Below, piece after piece: positions 31,812 through 41,932 of a stretch of DNA of 64,000 bases; the stretch's first letter is position 1; each line of letters begins with the position of its first letter. The stretch is taken from contig OY970194.1 of the NCBI GenBank assembly GCA_963708075.1, positions 6,496,001 to 6,560,000 on the forward strand. The letters are read 5' to 3'. Source of the DNA: Sedimentisphaerales bacterium. Lineage in GTDB: Bacteria > Planctomycetota > Phycisphaerae > Sedimentisphaerales > Anaerobacaceae. Made by a program: the position numbers and the translations under genes. Below the pieces are notes generated by a model. It was not told the origin of the DNA. It ran no database searches and saw nothing but the letters and a program-made list of their open reading frames with translations.

Positions 31812-31840
31812 ACGATATGAACCGCCCCTGACGCTGTCAA
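31812..31840 (-). promoter_or_regulatory. sigma70-like promoter
   Basis: TTGACA-17 bp-TATCGT. Confidence 0.6.
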
Positions 31841-31866
31841 CAGGAAAATCCCTTGCCGCAAGTGCG

Positions 31867-32028
31867 GGGTGTACGACAAGATTGTGGCAGAGCGAGGATG
31901 AGACTCTTGGGTGGCAGCGTCAAGCGCAGCTTGGCGATGGCCTGCCTCGGACGCAGCATAACCATCGCCAAGGCCTTCGGCCTTGACGCTGCCACCCGGA
32001 TCGAGTGCCACTTTTTTGTCGTGCACCC
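31867..32028. mobile_element. MITE-like cassette 1 of tandem array
   Basis: IRs GGGTGTACGACAAGATTGTGGCA / TGCCACTTTTTTGTCGTGCACCC; flanked by CAAGTGCG at 31859 and 32029. Confidence 0.8.
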
Positions 32029-32036
32029 CAAGTGCG

Positions 32037-32506
32037 GGGGTGCGGTCGGCATACGGTGGCGGATTCGGATTCCAGCCGACACAAGAGCGCAGCCCAGTCT
32101 TCTTTCGCCCCTACGGGGCTTTGAGATAGGATTGACTATCGTACCCACCGTTGAAACGGTGGGCTAGTGTCGATCGCCCCCGTGGGGCGGACGGGCCGAC
32201 GCAAGAGGACTGGAGCGAAGCCCAAGCCCGCAGGGCGATAGAGAATAGCTGCAACACCTGCGGGATAGTGATCGACCCGTCCGGGTGCTGTCCAAGCCCG
32301 GAGGGCGATAGCCAATAGCCGCAACGCCTGCGGGATGGTAATCGACCCGTGCAGGCGCAGTTCAAGCCCGGAGGGCGATAGAGAATAGCCCAGCGATTTA
32401 TCGCTGGGGAACCGGGGCCGAGGACAAAAGCCAGTCCCGTAAGGGACGAAAGAGGCGCAGTCTGCACACGGTGGCTACACGCCGCCACCGAATTCCGACC
32501 ACACCC
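32037..32506. mobile_element. MITE-like cassette 2 of tandem array
   Basis: IRs GGGTGCGGTCGGCATACGGTGGCGG / CCGCCACCGAATTCCGACCACACCC; flanked by CAAGTGCG at 32029 and 32507; three internal AAGCCCGnAGGGCGATAGnnAATAGC repeats. Confidence 0.8.
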
Positions 32507-32514
32507 CAAGTGCG

Positions 32515-32710
32515 GTGTGCGACTACGCTTCGGGGGAGCTATCCGGATTTGTCATGCTGAGCGAAGCGAAGCATCTGGCCCACGAATGAAACCAACGCTT
32601 GTTCCCATGCACAGCGGAGATCCTTCGCTGACGCTCAGGGCCTGCCCTGAGCATAGTCGAAGGGATGACAGGATGGATGCACGGCCCCCCCACGAAGCGT
32701 AGTCGCACAC
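32515..32710. mobile_element. MITE-like cassette 3 of tandem array
   Basis: Perfect 18-bp IR GTGTGCGACTACGCTTCG / CGAAGCGTAGTCGCACAC; flanked by CAAGTGCG at 32507 and 32711. Confidence 0.85.
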
Positions 32711-32775
32711 CAAGTGCGTCGGATGCCTATCATCTCTCTCACGTCGGCACGTGGCGCTGGGGCGGCGACAACGTC

Positions 32776-33909
32776 CTATATCTTGATGAAGGTGCGTTTG
32801 CGGTACATGGAATAGAGGATGAACCAGAGGATGGCCATGCCTGCGACGGCGCGGACGAAGTCGTGCCAGTCGCCGGTCCATTGGGCCAGGTTGCGCACGA
32901 AGATGTCTCCGAGAACACGGAAGTCGAACACGTGCGTCGCCATGTACACGGCGATGGCGTTCATGCCGATCACCACGAAGAAAGAGGTCAGAAAGCGAAA
33001 CTCAAGCACGTCGATGGCCAGGTAGAACAGGCCCAGCAGCAGGAGGCTCCATCCACCGGCGTACAGCACCATCGAGCTTGTCCAGATGTGCTTGATGATC
33101 GGGAAGATCTGTCCCCATGCCCAGCCGAGGAGGACGCATGCGACGCCGGAGATCAGCAGGACCACCACTTTCTCGGTCTTGGTCCGGTCCGACCGCAGCA
33201 ACTGGCCCGCGAGCGCCCCGATCATCACCGTCGCGCCGAACGTCATGCTGCTCAGAATCCACGTATAAGGCGGGTTCGTTCCGTCCTGGAAGCGGCCGAG
33301 AATGAGCGTGTCGATGTAGAATGCAAGGTTGCCTTGCTCGGTCAGTTGCCCCGCGCCGTATCCCGGGACCGGCACGAGCGTGAGCAACGCCCAGTATGCC
33401 AGGAGCAGGCCACCCGTCGCAAGAATCTGCCACTGCAGCGCCAGGTTCAGCAGGATCAGCGAGGCGATGAGATACCCCGCCGCAATCGCCTGAAGGGTAT
33501 TGCTGTACAACTGCAGCTTGGACAGATCGTACTCGAGCAGCCGGCCCTGAGCGATCATCCCCAGAATCCACAGAATAAACACCCGGTACAGGATGTGGCC
33601 GTAGAGCTGGGCCTTGTTGTCATCCGGTCCGAGCCGCTTGGCGAAGGAAAAGGGCATGGCTGCCCCCACGACGAAGAGAAACAGGGGCATGATCAGGTCC
33701 CAGGCGACGAAGCCCTCCCAGCGGACATGATCGGTCTGCGGCAGGATGTACTTGTTGAACCACAGGTTGTCCAGCCCCTTGGCCAGACCGCCCACGATCC
33801 AGTAGCCTCCGATAATCCAGAACATGTCGAACCCGCGCAGTGCATCGAGCGACATCAGCCGCTCCCGGGTGGCTTCCACTGGCTGTTCCACAGGTGCATC
33901 CATCTTCAT
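32776..33909 (-). CDS. Heparan-alpha-glucosaminide N-acetyltransferase-like / DUF5009 membrane protein
   Basis: RLMSLDALRGFDM, WDLIMPLFLFVVG, PIIKHIWTSS, GMNAI. Confidence 0.9.
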   Translation of the reverse strand: MKMDAPVEQPVEATRERLMSLDALRGFDMFWIIGGYWIVGGLAKGLDNLWFNKYILPQTDHVRWEGFVAWDLIMPLFLFVVGAAMPFSFAKRLGPDDNKAQLYGHILYRVFILWILGMIAQGRLLEYDLSKLQLYSNTLQAIAAGYLIASLILLNLALQWQILATGGLLLAYWALLTLVPVPGYGAGQLTEQGNLAFYIDTLILGRFQDGTNPPYTWILSSMTFGATVMIGALAGQLLRSDRTKTEKVVVLLISGVACVLLGWAWGQIFPIIKHIWTSSMVLYAGGWSLLLLGLFYLAIDVLEFRFLTSFFVVIGMNAIAVYMATHVFDFRVLGDIFVRNLAQWTGDWHDFVRAVAGMAILWFILYSMYRKRTFIKI

Positions 33910-34367
33910 ATTTCTACAATCCCCATGTCGGAGCAGGACCCCCGTACTGACGAGCCCGCGCCCATTCGCCATATTCTCCGGCATCACCAGCCTGATTCAC
34001 TCAGAGAATAGCACCTCGTGTCGACAAGTGCAAACCCACTTTTGCCTCTGATCAAACCACATACTTGCAGCAAGTTGTAACCGCGATATAATCACTGCCC
34101 ACTTAATAGTATTAAGGCAGGAGTTTAGGGACCGGTGGCAGGAAACGGTGATTTCGATGCAATGAGCCCGGCGTTCGAAACGTCTACAGTGTACTTGGTG
34201 GCGTCGTGCCGACACGTGGCGGCGGCTCACAAGGCAACTGTGCTCTGCATCTATGACGGTGAGCAGCACATTGCGGGCAGGCTCGCAAGCCCGCAACACG
34301 GTCGGCGCGACCGGCCACCACGTGAATCTGCGACGATACTGGATGGGATCAGGTGTTAGGCGTGTTC

Positions 34368-36264
34368 ATGAAACGACATTCTTCACAGGCAGGTCTACAG
34401 ACGTTTGGCTCAAGCAAGTGTCTCGTTTCCCTCATTCTCCTCGTGTGCATTGCTCTGACCTTCTGCGGTTGTCGGACGCCCACGGAGCATCGGGAGAAGG
34501 CTGATGAAGTGGCCGATAAAATCATCGAAGCCAAGCAGCAGGAGGCCTTGGGCAAGACGGAGCCGCTGAGCATCGAGCGGCCCAGCGATATTCTGCGTCG
34601 GCGGCTGATCGAGGAGCAGGGCCTGCCCATTTCGAGCGAGGCATCGCTGGGCACGGACAAGCTCAAGCCGGTCGCTCACTGGCCGGACGAGGAGTACCCG
34701 CCGGAGGTATCCTCCCCGGATGCGAATATCCCGATCGAGCCGAACCAGGCCCTCCAGCTCTCTCTGATGGAAGCTCTGCAGATCGCGGCCCGCAATAGCC
34801 CCGACTACCAATCCCGCAAAGAAGATGTTTTCAGGTCGGCGCTCGATCTTGACCTTGCGAGAAACGCCTTCCGCAACATCTTCGCCGCAGGGGCCGACAG
34901 CCAGATCACCACGGACACGGTGGGAGACGAGAACCGTCACGACGCTGGACACGAGCGCTTCGGCCGGGGTGACGCGGACCTTCAAGAATGGGCTCGACGT
35001 CAGTTCACTGATCGCCGTCGATCTGCTGCAATTATTGACCCAGGGCGGGGCCTCGACCCTCGGGCTGACTGCCGATACGTCGGTGTCGCTGCCTCTGCTT
35101 CGGGGCTCCGGTCGGTGGATCGTCGCCGAGCCTCTGACGCAGGCGGAACGCAACGTCATTTACAGCCTATGGGACTTTGACCGCTACCGGCGGACCTTCG
35201 CGGTGGGTGTTGCCCAGGACTACTATGCGGTTCTACGCCAGTTGGACCAGGTGAAGAACGCCCGAGACAACTACGGCAGTGCAATCCGGTCGGCCCGCTG
35301 GTCCCGCCGCCAGGCCGATGCCGGGCGAATCCCGGAAATCCAGGTGGACCAGGCGGTTCAGCGGGAATTGAGCGGGCGCAACGGGTGGATCTCCGCCCAG
35401 GAGCAATTGGAGAATCGTCTGGATGCCTTCAAGACGGGATCGCTCGGGCTGCCGACGGATGCCCTGATCAAGCCGGACCCGAATGACATGGTGCAACTAC
35501 GCCAGCGTGCGGAAGAGTACGTGAAGATGATGAGGGAGGCGTCGCAATCCGGGTCGGTCCAGGCAGTTCCTCCGGCCGATGCCAACGTGGTGTTGGCCCC
35601 GGCGAGCAAGGAAGATGCCGGACCGTATGAGATCGACGAGGACGTGGCGGTCAAGCTGGCCCTGGAGAATCGCCTTGACCTGCGAGCGGCAAACGGCGAG
35701 GTCTATGATGCACAAAGGCAGGTGGTCGTTGCCGCCGATGCCCTGCGGGCAGGCTTGAACCTGGGCGGCTCGGCCCGGTTCGCCGATAACGATGATGATG
35801 GCGCCCTGAGCTTCGAGGAGGGGCGTTACGCGGCTCTGCTCTCGCTTGATCTGCCCATCGAGAGGACCAGGGAACGAAACGCCTACCGCAGCAGCCTGAT
35901 CAATCTGGAACGGGCGACGAGAAGCGTGCAGGACCTGGAGGATCAGATCAAGCTGGCCATCCGTGGTGAGTTGCGAACGCTCCTGGAATCGCGGGAGAGC
36001 CTCAAAATTCAAGCGCAGTCGGTCGTCGTGGCCGAGAAGCGAGTTGCCAGTGCCCAGTTGTTCCTGGAGGCCGGCCGGGCACAGATCCGCGATTTGCTCG
36101 AAGCCCAGGATGCGCTGCTGTCGGCGAGGAACCAGTTGACCTCGGCCGTCGTGAACTACCGCGTCGCGGAATTGCAGCTCCAGCGAGATCTGGACCTGCT
36201 GACGATAACGCAAGAGGGGTTGTGGCAAGAGTTGTCACCTGAGGAACTTAGAAATGGCATCTAA
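34368..36264 (+). CDS. TolC-family outer-membrane efflux lipoprotein (+1 frameshift at 34929-34935)
   Basis: Lipobox-like TFCGC; LSLMEALQIAARN; VKLALENRLDL; RDLLEAQDALL. Removing one A joins ...VGDE-TVTTLD.... Confidence 0.85.
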
Positions 36265-38284
36265 CAAGGGTATAAGCAAGAGCGGCGGCGCCAAGCGGCC
36301 GTACAAAATTGCCGGCGTGGCGATTCTCATCGTGGCCATCGGCATAGTTGTGGTCTGGCTCAAAGTGGTCCGGGGCGGCGAGGATCCCATGAGCGCCATG
36401 GCGACCTTCGAGGCCATACGGGGCCCCCTGATCATCAGCGTTCTCGAGTCCGGGGCGATCAAGGCCAAAGAGCAGGAGGTCATCCGGAACGAAGTGGAGG
36501 GAAGGACGTCGATCATCTGGATCGTTCCTGAGGGCACGGCCGTCAAGAAAGGCGATGAGTTGGTCCGGCTGGATGTCAGCGCGATGAGTGACAAGCGGAT
36601 CGACCAGGAAATCAGCATGAAGAACGCCGAGGCCGCCCTCATCAATGCCCAGGAGACTCTGAAGATCACGGAAAGCCAGGGCCAGAGCGACGTCGACAAG
36701 GCCGAATTGACTCTCATTTTCGCCGAGCAGGACCTGAAGAAGTACGTCGATCCCAATGGCGGGCAATACGCGAATCTGCTGGCTGCCGCGAAGAACAGCA
36801 TCACCATCTCTACTGAGGAAAAGGCCCGAGCCGACTACACGCTGGAGTGGTCCGAGAAACTGGCGAAGGAGAAATATCTCTCGGAGACAGAACTGCAGGC
36901 GGATAAATTGAAGGTGACACAGTCACGAGTGAAGCTGGATCTGGCGAGAAACGATCTCAAGTTGCTGGAGAACTTCACAAAGCAACGCCAGGTTGTCCAG
37001 CTCGAAAGCGACGTCAAGCAGGCGAAGATGGCCCTGGAGCGTGCCTGTGCCAAGAAGAACGCCAATGACGTCCAGGCCAAAGCGGACCTGGAGGCCAAGG
37101 AGCAGGAGTACAAGCGTCAAGTGGCCAAGCTGACCAAGATCGACGATCAGCTCGGCAAGGCCACGATCCTGTCGCCGGCGGATGGCATGGTGGTGTACGC
37201 GACCAGCTCCCGCGGCGGCTTCGGCCGTGACGACCGCCGACCGCTGGCCGACGGTGTCGAGGTCTTCGAGCGACAGGAGCTGATCTATATCCCGAAGTCC
37301 GCGTCGTCTGTGGCGGAGGTGGACGTTCACGAGGCGAGCCTTGAGAAGGTCCGTCCGGGACTGCCTGCGATTGTCAAAGTGGACGCCCTGCCCGGCAAGG
37401 CGTTCATGGGCACCGTGGCCCGCATCGCTCCGCTGCCCAACGCGCAGAGCATGTGGATGAACCCCGATCTGAAGATCTACACGACGAACATCAACCTGGA
37501 AACCATGGACATTGGACTGCGAAGCGGCATGAGCTGCAAGGCGGATATCATCGTCGAGCAGTACACGGACGTCGTGTATGTCCCTGTCTGGACGGTCATA
37601 CGAGTCTCGGGGCAGCCGACGGTCTATGTCGTCAAGGATGGCCAGATCGAGCCTCGCAAGGTCGAGATCGGCTTGGACAACAACAGCTATGTGGTGATCA
37701 AGAGCGGGCTCAGCGAGGGAGAAATGGTTCTGATGGCCCCGCCTCTGAAGGAAGCAACCCTGGAGCCCGGGGCCAGGCTTGCAGGGGCCGGTGCGGACGG
37801 CAACGATCCTATGGCCCAGCGGATCAGTGAGAAACTCAAGGCAGCCAATGGGACGGAGGCCGGCTTACCACCCGCCGGTGCGGCAGGTCCGCAGACAGGC
37901 CCGCAGGCCGGTGGACCAGGGGAGGGACGGCAGGGCGGCCAGGGCTTCCAGATGCCTTCGCCCGAGCAGATACAACGCCTCCAGAACATGACTCCGGAAG
38001 AACGCGAGAAGGCGATGCAGGAACGCCTCAAGAACATGACTCCCGAGGAGCGCGAGCAGGCGGAAAAGATGCGTCAGCGCTTCCAGAACATGTCGCCGGA
38101 AGAACGGGAGCAAATGCGGCAACAGCGTCGGGGCGGGCAGGGCGGCGATAGCGCCGGTCCCGGCTCCGGCGGTCGTGGAGACGGTGCAGGTCCCGGCTCC
38201 GGCGGTCGCAGAGGCGGTGCAGGTTCCGGCGGCCGCGGGGACGGCGCGGGTTCCGGCTCCGATCGACCGGAAAGGGAACAGTAG
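36254..38284 (+). CDS. MacA/HlyD-type periplasmic adaptor with repetitive C-terminal tail
   Basis: PEGTAVKKGD.LV.LD, ILSPADGMV, LRSGMS, SGLSEGE. Tail has NM(T/S)PEERE x3 and GPGSGGR repeats. Confidence 0.92.
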   Translation: MASNKGISKSGGAKRPYKIAGVAILIVAIGIVVVWLKVVRGGEDPMSAMATFEAIRGPLIISVLESGAIKAKEQEVIRNEVEGRTSIIWIVPEGTAVKKGDELVRLDVSAMSDKRIDQEISMKNAEAALINAQETLKITESQGQSDVDKAELTLIFAEQDLKKYVDPNGGQYANLLAAAKNSITISTEEKARADYTLEWSEKLAKEKYLSETELQADKLKVTQSRVKLDLARNDLKLLENFTKQRQVVQLESDVKQAKMALERACAKKNANDVQAKADLEAKEQEYKRQVAKLTKIDDQLGKATILSPADGMVVYATSSRGGFGRDDRRPLADGVEVFERQELIYIPKSASSVAEVDVHEASLEKVRPGLPAIVKVDALPGKAFMGTVARIAPLPNAQSMWMNPDLKIYTTNINLETMDIGLRSGMSCKADIIVEQYTDVVYVPVWTVIRVSGQPTVYVVKDGQIEPRKVEIGLDNNSYVVIKSGLSEGEMVLMAPPLKEATLEPGARLAGAGADGNDPMAQRISEKLKAANGTEAGLPPAGAAGPQTGPQAGGPGEGRQGGQGFQMPSPEQIQRLQNMTPEEREKAMQERLKNMTPEEREQAEKMRQRFQNMSPEEREQMRQQRRGGQGGDSAGPGSGGRGDGAGPGSGGRRGGAGSGGRGDGAGSGSDRPEREQ

Positions 38285-39010
38285 ATGCGCAAGGTAACGC
38301 TGCCGGACAACGAGCGGGAAATCGTCAGACTCGAAAACGCCTCTAAGATCTACCAGATGGGAACGGAGGAGGTCCATGCGCTTCGCAGCATCAACATAAC
38401 CTTTGAGAAGGGCGATTTCTGGGCGATCATGGGGCCCAGCGGCTCCGGCAAGAGCACGATGATGAATGTCCTCGGATGTCTCGACCGGCTGACCTCGGGC
38501 TCGTACTACCTTGACGGCAAGGACGTCAGCCAACTGGACGACGATTCGCTCAGTGAGCTTCGGCTGCGATACCTGGGGTTCATCTTTCAGAGCTTCAACC
38601 TGATTCCTCAGTTGACAGTGCAGCGAAACATCGAGTTGCCGCTCTACTACTTAGGCTGGGACGCGGCCCGCAGCGCCCAGCGGGCGAAGGAACTTGCAGA
38701 GGAGGTCGGGTTGGGCGACCGCCTGGGCCATCGGCCCACGGAGCTGTCCGGCGGCCAGATGCAGAGAGTGGCCATCGCCCGCGCCCTGACCAACGACCCG
38801 CAGGTCATCTTCGCCGACGAGCCCACGGGTAACCTCGATTCGGCCACGGGCGTCCAGATCATGGAGGTCCTGACCCGGCTGAACGAGCAGGGCAAGACTG
38901 TCGTGATGGTCACCCACGAGCCGGACATCGCCGCCTATGCCCACCGCCGGCTCCACATGATCGACGGTAATATCGACAGAATTGAAGAACGCGCCCATGC
39001 GGCAAACTAA
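38285..39010 (+). CDS. ABC transporter ATP-binding protein (MacB/LolD type)
   Basis: GPSGSGKST, LSGGQMQRVAIAR, FADEPTGNLD, VTH. Confidence 0.96.
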   Translation: MRKVTLPDNEREIVRLENASKIYQMGTEEVHALRSINITFEKGDFWAIMGPSGSGKSTMMNVLGCLDRLTSGSYYLDGKDVSQLDDDSLSELRLRYLGFIFQSFNLIPQLTVQRNIELPLYYLGWDAARSAQRAKELAEEVGLGDRLGHRPTELSGGQMQRVAIARALTNDPQVIFADEPTGNLDSATGVQIMEVLTRLNEQGKTVVMVTHEPDIAAYAHRRLHMIDGNIDRIEERAHAAN

Positions 39011-40265
39011 GATTGCACGAAACATACTCCTGGGCATCGAGAACCTGCTGCTGCACAAGCTGCGCTCGTTCCTGACGATGCTCGGCGTCGTCTTCGGGGT
39101 CGGCAGCGTGGTGGCCATGCTCTCCGTCGGCGAGGGCGCCAGCAAGGAGGCGCTCGCCCAGATCCGAAAGCTCGGCAGCAACAATATCATCGTCTCGACA
39201 GTCAAGTCCGTGGAGGAGGAACAGGCCAGCACGGTGCATTCCCATATGAGCATCTACGGGCTGACGGTGGACGACCATCGCCGGATCGCCGAGAGTTTCG
39301 CGAATGTGCAGCAGACGGCGCCCGCAAAGCTGATGCGAAAGGAATCCCGCCTGCGCGAGAGGGCGATGGAACTCCGCGTCGTAGGCGCGACTCCCGAGTG
39401 GTTCAAACTCGTTCCACGGGAGGTCGTCGCCGGCCGCGTGCTCCTGCAGGGCGACGAGGACAAGAGGTCCCCCGTGGCCATCCTGACGGAATTCGGCGCC
39501 CGGAAACTGCTGGCGACGGAGGGCTCCGTCGGCGAGACCCTTCGCATCGGCGGAAGTGAGTTCGAGATTATCGGCATCATCCGCAGTGAAAGCGGGCAGG
39601 CCGGCAACATTCAGATCCCCGACCAGGACATCGACGTCTATATCCCCCTGGAGGTGGCCCGCAGGTATTTCGGGGACATCTTCGCCAAGCGGACGGCGGG
39701 CTCGGAGGAGCGGGAAATGGTCCAGCTCCATCAGATCATCGTTCAGGTGGATGATCCCCGGCACGCGGAGACCGTGGGCGCCGGGATCGAGAGGATGCTG
39801 GAGCGGTTCCACAAGAAGAAGGACTACGTGGTGAGCGTGCCCCTGGCGCTGCTCAAGCAGGCGGAGGCGACAAAGCGGACGTTCAATATCGTATTGGGTT
39901 CCATCGCGGGCATCAGCCTGCTCGTCGGCGGCATCGGGATCATGAACATCATGCTCGCCTCCGTCACGGAGCGGACCCGCGAGATCGGGATTCGCCGGGC
40001 CATCGGCGCCAAGCGAAAGCAGATCATCTACCAGTTCCTCATCGAGACGGTCGTGCTTTCCATGGCCGGCGGCCTGGTCGGCCTGGGCATCGGCGTGCTG
40101 ATCCCGTACATGATCACACATTTCTCCCGCATGCCCACGGTCGTTACCGTGCGCGGCATCCTGCTGCCGCTGTTCATCAGCATGGCCATCGGAATTCTCT
40201 TCGGGCTGTATCCGGCCATGCATGCGGCGAGGGTAGACCCCATTGTGGCATTGAGGCACGAGTGA
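38997..40265 (+). CDS. MacB/FtsX-like ABC permease (copy 1)
   Basis: KLRSFLTMLGVVFGV, GGIGIMNIMLASVTERTREIGIR, DPIVALRHE. Confidence 0.95.
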   Translation: MRQTKIARNILLGIENLLLHKLRSFLTMLGVVFGVGSVVAMLSVGEGASKEALAQIRKLGSNNIIVSTVKSVEEEQASTVHSHMSIYGLTVDDHRRIAESFANVQQTAPAKLMRKESRLRERAMELRVVGATPEWFKLVPREVVAGRVLLQGDEDKRSPVAILTEFGARKLLATEGSVGETLRIGGSEFEIIGIIRSESGQAGNIQIPDQDIDVYIPLEVARRYFGDIFAKRTAGSEEREMVQLHQIIVQVDDPRHAETVGAGIERMLERFHKKKDYVVSVPLALLKQAEATKRTFNIVLGSIAGISLLVGGIGIMNIMLASVTERTREIGIRRAIGAKRKQIIYQFLIETVVLSMAGGLVGLGIGVLIPYMITHFSRMPTVVTVRGILLPLFISMAIGILFGLYPAMHAARVDPIVALRHE

Positions 40266-40270
40266 AAGGA

Positions 40271-40390
40271 TCTACGATTTACGAATTACAATTTACGATT
40301 TTGGGCTCACGCCGGATGCGAAGGCACAGAAGGAGCGAGAGCTTTGTGTATCCCATCAATCGTAGATCGTAATTCGTAAATCGTAAATTG
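40271..40390. repeat. Inverted pair of heptamer tandem repeats (TTTACGA)n / (TCGTAAA)n
   Basis: Four degenerate heptamers on each arm around a ~65-bp centre. Confidence 0.8.
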
Positions 40391-40392
40391 CC

Positions 40393-41661
40393 ATGAGACA
40401 AACGAAAATCGTACGCAACATCTGGCTCGGCATCGAGAACCTGCTGCTGCACAAGCTGCGCTCGTTCCTGACGATGCTCGGCGTGGTCTTCGGGGTCGGC
40501 AGCGTCGTGGCCATGCTCTCCGTCGGCGAGGGCGCCAGCAAGGAGGCGCTGGCCGAGATTCGCAAGCTGGGTAGCACGAACATCATCATCTCCTCGATCA
40601 AGCCGGCGGAGGATGAGGCGACGAGCTCGATGCGCAGCATGATGAGCGTCTTCGGCCTGACATACGAGGACCATCGCCGGCTGGCGACCAGCTTCGCGAA
40701 CGTCCGCCAGACCGCGCCCGTCAAGCTGACACGCAAGGACTGCCGTCTCCGCGAGCGGTCGATGGAACTTCGCGTGGTGGGCACGACCCCGGAATGGTTC
40801 GACCTGGTGCCGCGAGAGGTCCTGGCCGGCCGGGTCCTCCTGCCCGCGGACGAGCGGAACCAGGCCCCTGTGGCGATTCTCACCGAGTTCGGGGCCCGAA
40901 AGCTGCTGGCTACGGAGGGCACGATCGGCCAGACGCTCCGCGTCGGAGGCAGCGAATTCGAGATCATCGGCATCATCAGGAATGAGAGCGGACAGGCGGG
41001 CAATATCCAGATCCCGGACCAGGATGTGGACATCTATATCCCCCTGGAGGTGTCACGGCGCTATTTCGGGGACATATTTTCGAGAATGACTTCCGGCTCG
41101 TTCCAGCGGGAGCGCGTGGAGCTGCACCAGATCATCATCCAGGCGGACCAGACAGAGCACGTGGAGGCCGTGGCGGCGGGCGTCGAGCGAATGCTGGAAA
41201 AGTTCCACAAGAAGAAGGAGTACATCGTCAGTGTCCCGCTGGCCCTGCTCAAGCAGGCCCAGGCCACCAAGCGCACGTTCAATATCGTCCTGGGCTCCAT
41301 CGCCGGCATCAGCCTGCTCGTCGGCGGCATCGGGATCATGAACATCATGCTCGCCTCCGTCACGGAGCGGACCCGCGAGATCGGGATTCGCCGGGCCATC
41401 GGCGCCAAGCGAAGGCAGATCGTCTACCAGTTCCTCATCGAGACAGTCGTGCTTTCGATGGCCGGCGGTCTGGTGGGCCTGGGTATCGGCGTGCTCATCC
41501 CTCTGCTCATCACCCACTTCTCGGAAATGCCGACGGTCATTACCGTCAACGGCATTCTGCTGCCGTTGTTCATCAGCATGGCCACCGGGATTCTCTTCGG
41601 CCTGTACCCCGCGGTGCACGCCGCCAAGGTCGATCCCATCGTCGCCCTCCGGCACGAGTGA
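40393..41661 (+). CDS. MacB/FtsX-like ABC permease (copy 2)
   Basis: Same motifs as copy 1; obvious paralog. Confidence 0.95.
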   Translation: MRQTKIVRNIWLGIENLLLHKLRSFLTMLGVVFGVGSVVAMLSVGEGASKEALAEIRKLGSTNIIISSIKPAEDEATSSMRSMMSVFGLTYEDHRRLATSFANVRQTAPVKLTRKDCRLRERSMELRVVGTTPEWFDLVPREVLAGRVLLPADERNQAPVAILTEFGARKLLATEGTIGQTLRVGGSEFEIIGIIRNESGQAGNIQIPDQDVDIYIPLEVSRRYFGDIFSRMTSGSFQRERVELHQIIIQADQTEHVEAVAAGVERMLEKFHKKKEYIVSVPLALLKQAQATKRTFNIVLGSIAGISLLVGGIGIMNIMLASVTERTREIGIRRAIGAKRRQIVYQFLIETVVLSMAGGLVGLGIGVLIPLLITHFSEMPTVITVNGILLPLFISMATGILFGLYPAVHAAKVDPIVALRHE

Positions 41662-41663
41662 GA

Positions 41664-41787
41664 GGATTTATGATTTGCGATTTTTGATTTATGATTTGGG
41701 CTCCCGCCGAGACAGTAGCTCGAGGCTGCAAGTGAGGCACGTCTCCCACCTGCAATTGTAAATCATAAATCGCAAATCATAAATCCG
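41664..41787. repeat. Inverted pair of heptamer tandem repeats (TTTATGA)n / (TCATAAA)n
   Basis: GGATTTATGATTTGCGATTT ... AAATCGCAAATCATAAATCC long stem directly after the stop codon. Confidence 0.8.
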
Positions 41788-41932
41788 CAAATGGTCCTCC
41801 CACCTCTGGTTCCCGCCAATAAAATTCTGCCGAGTTGTAACCGCGGCTTGGGCGGGCTCACTATGGTAGTGAAAAAGCGTCAGGGGATATCTGCAACCAG
41901 CCGCTCACAGCGGTCTTTGAAAGGAGCAGGCA

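Noticed and set aside
37960..38270. Tandem DNA repeats at the end of the adaptor gene as an array
   Set aside because: They are in-frame peptide repeats (NMTPEERE, GPGSGGRGDGA).
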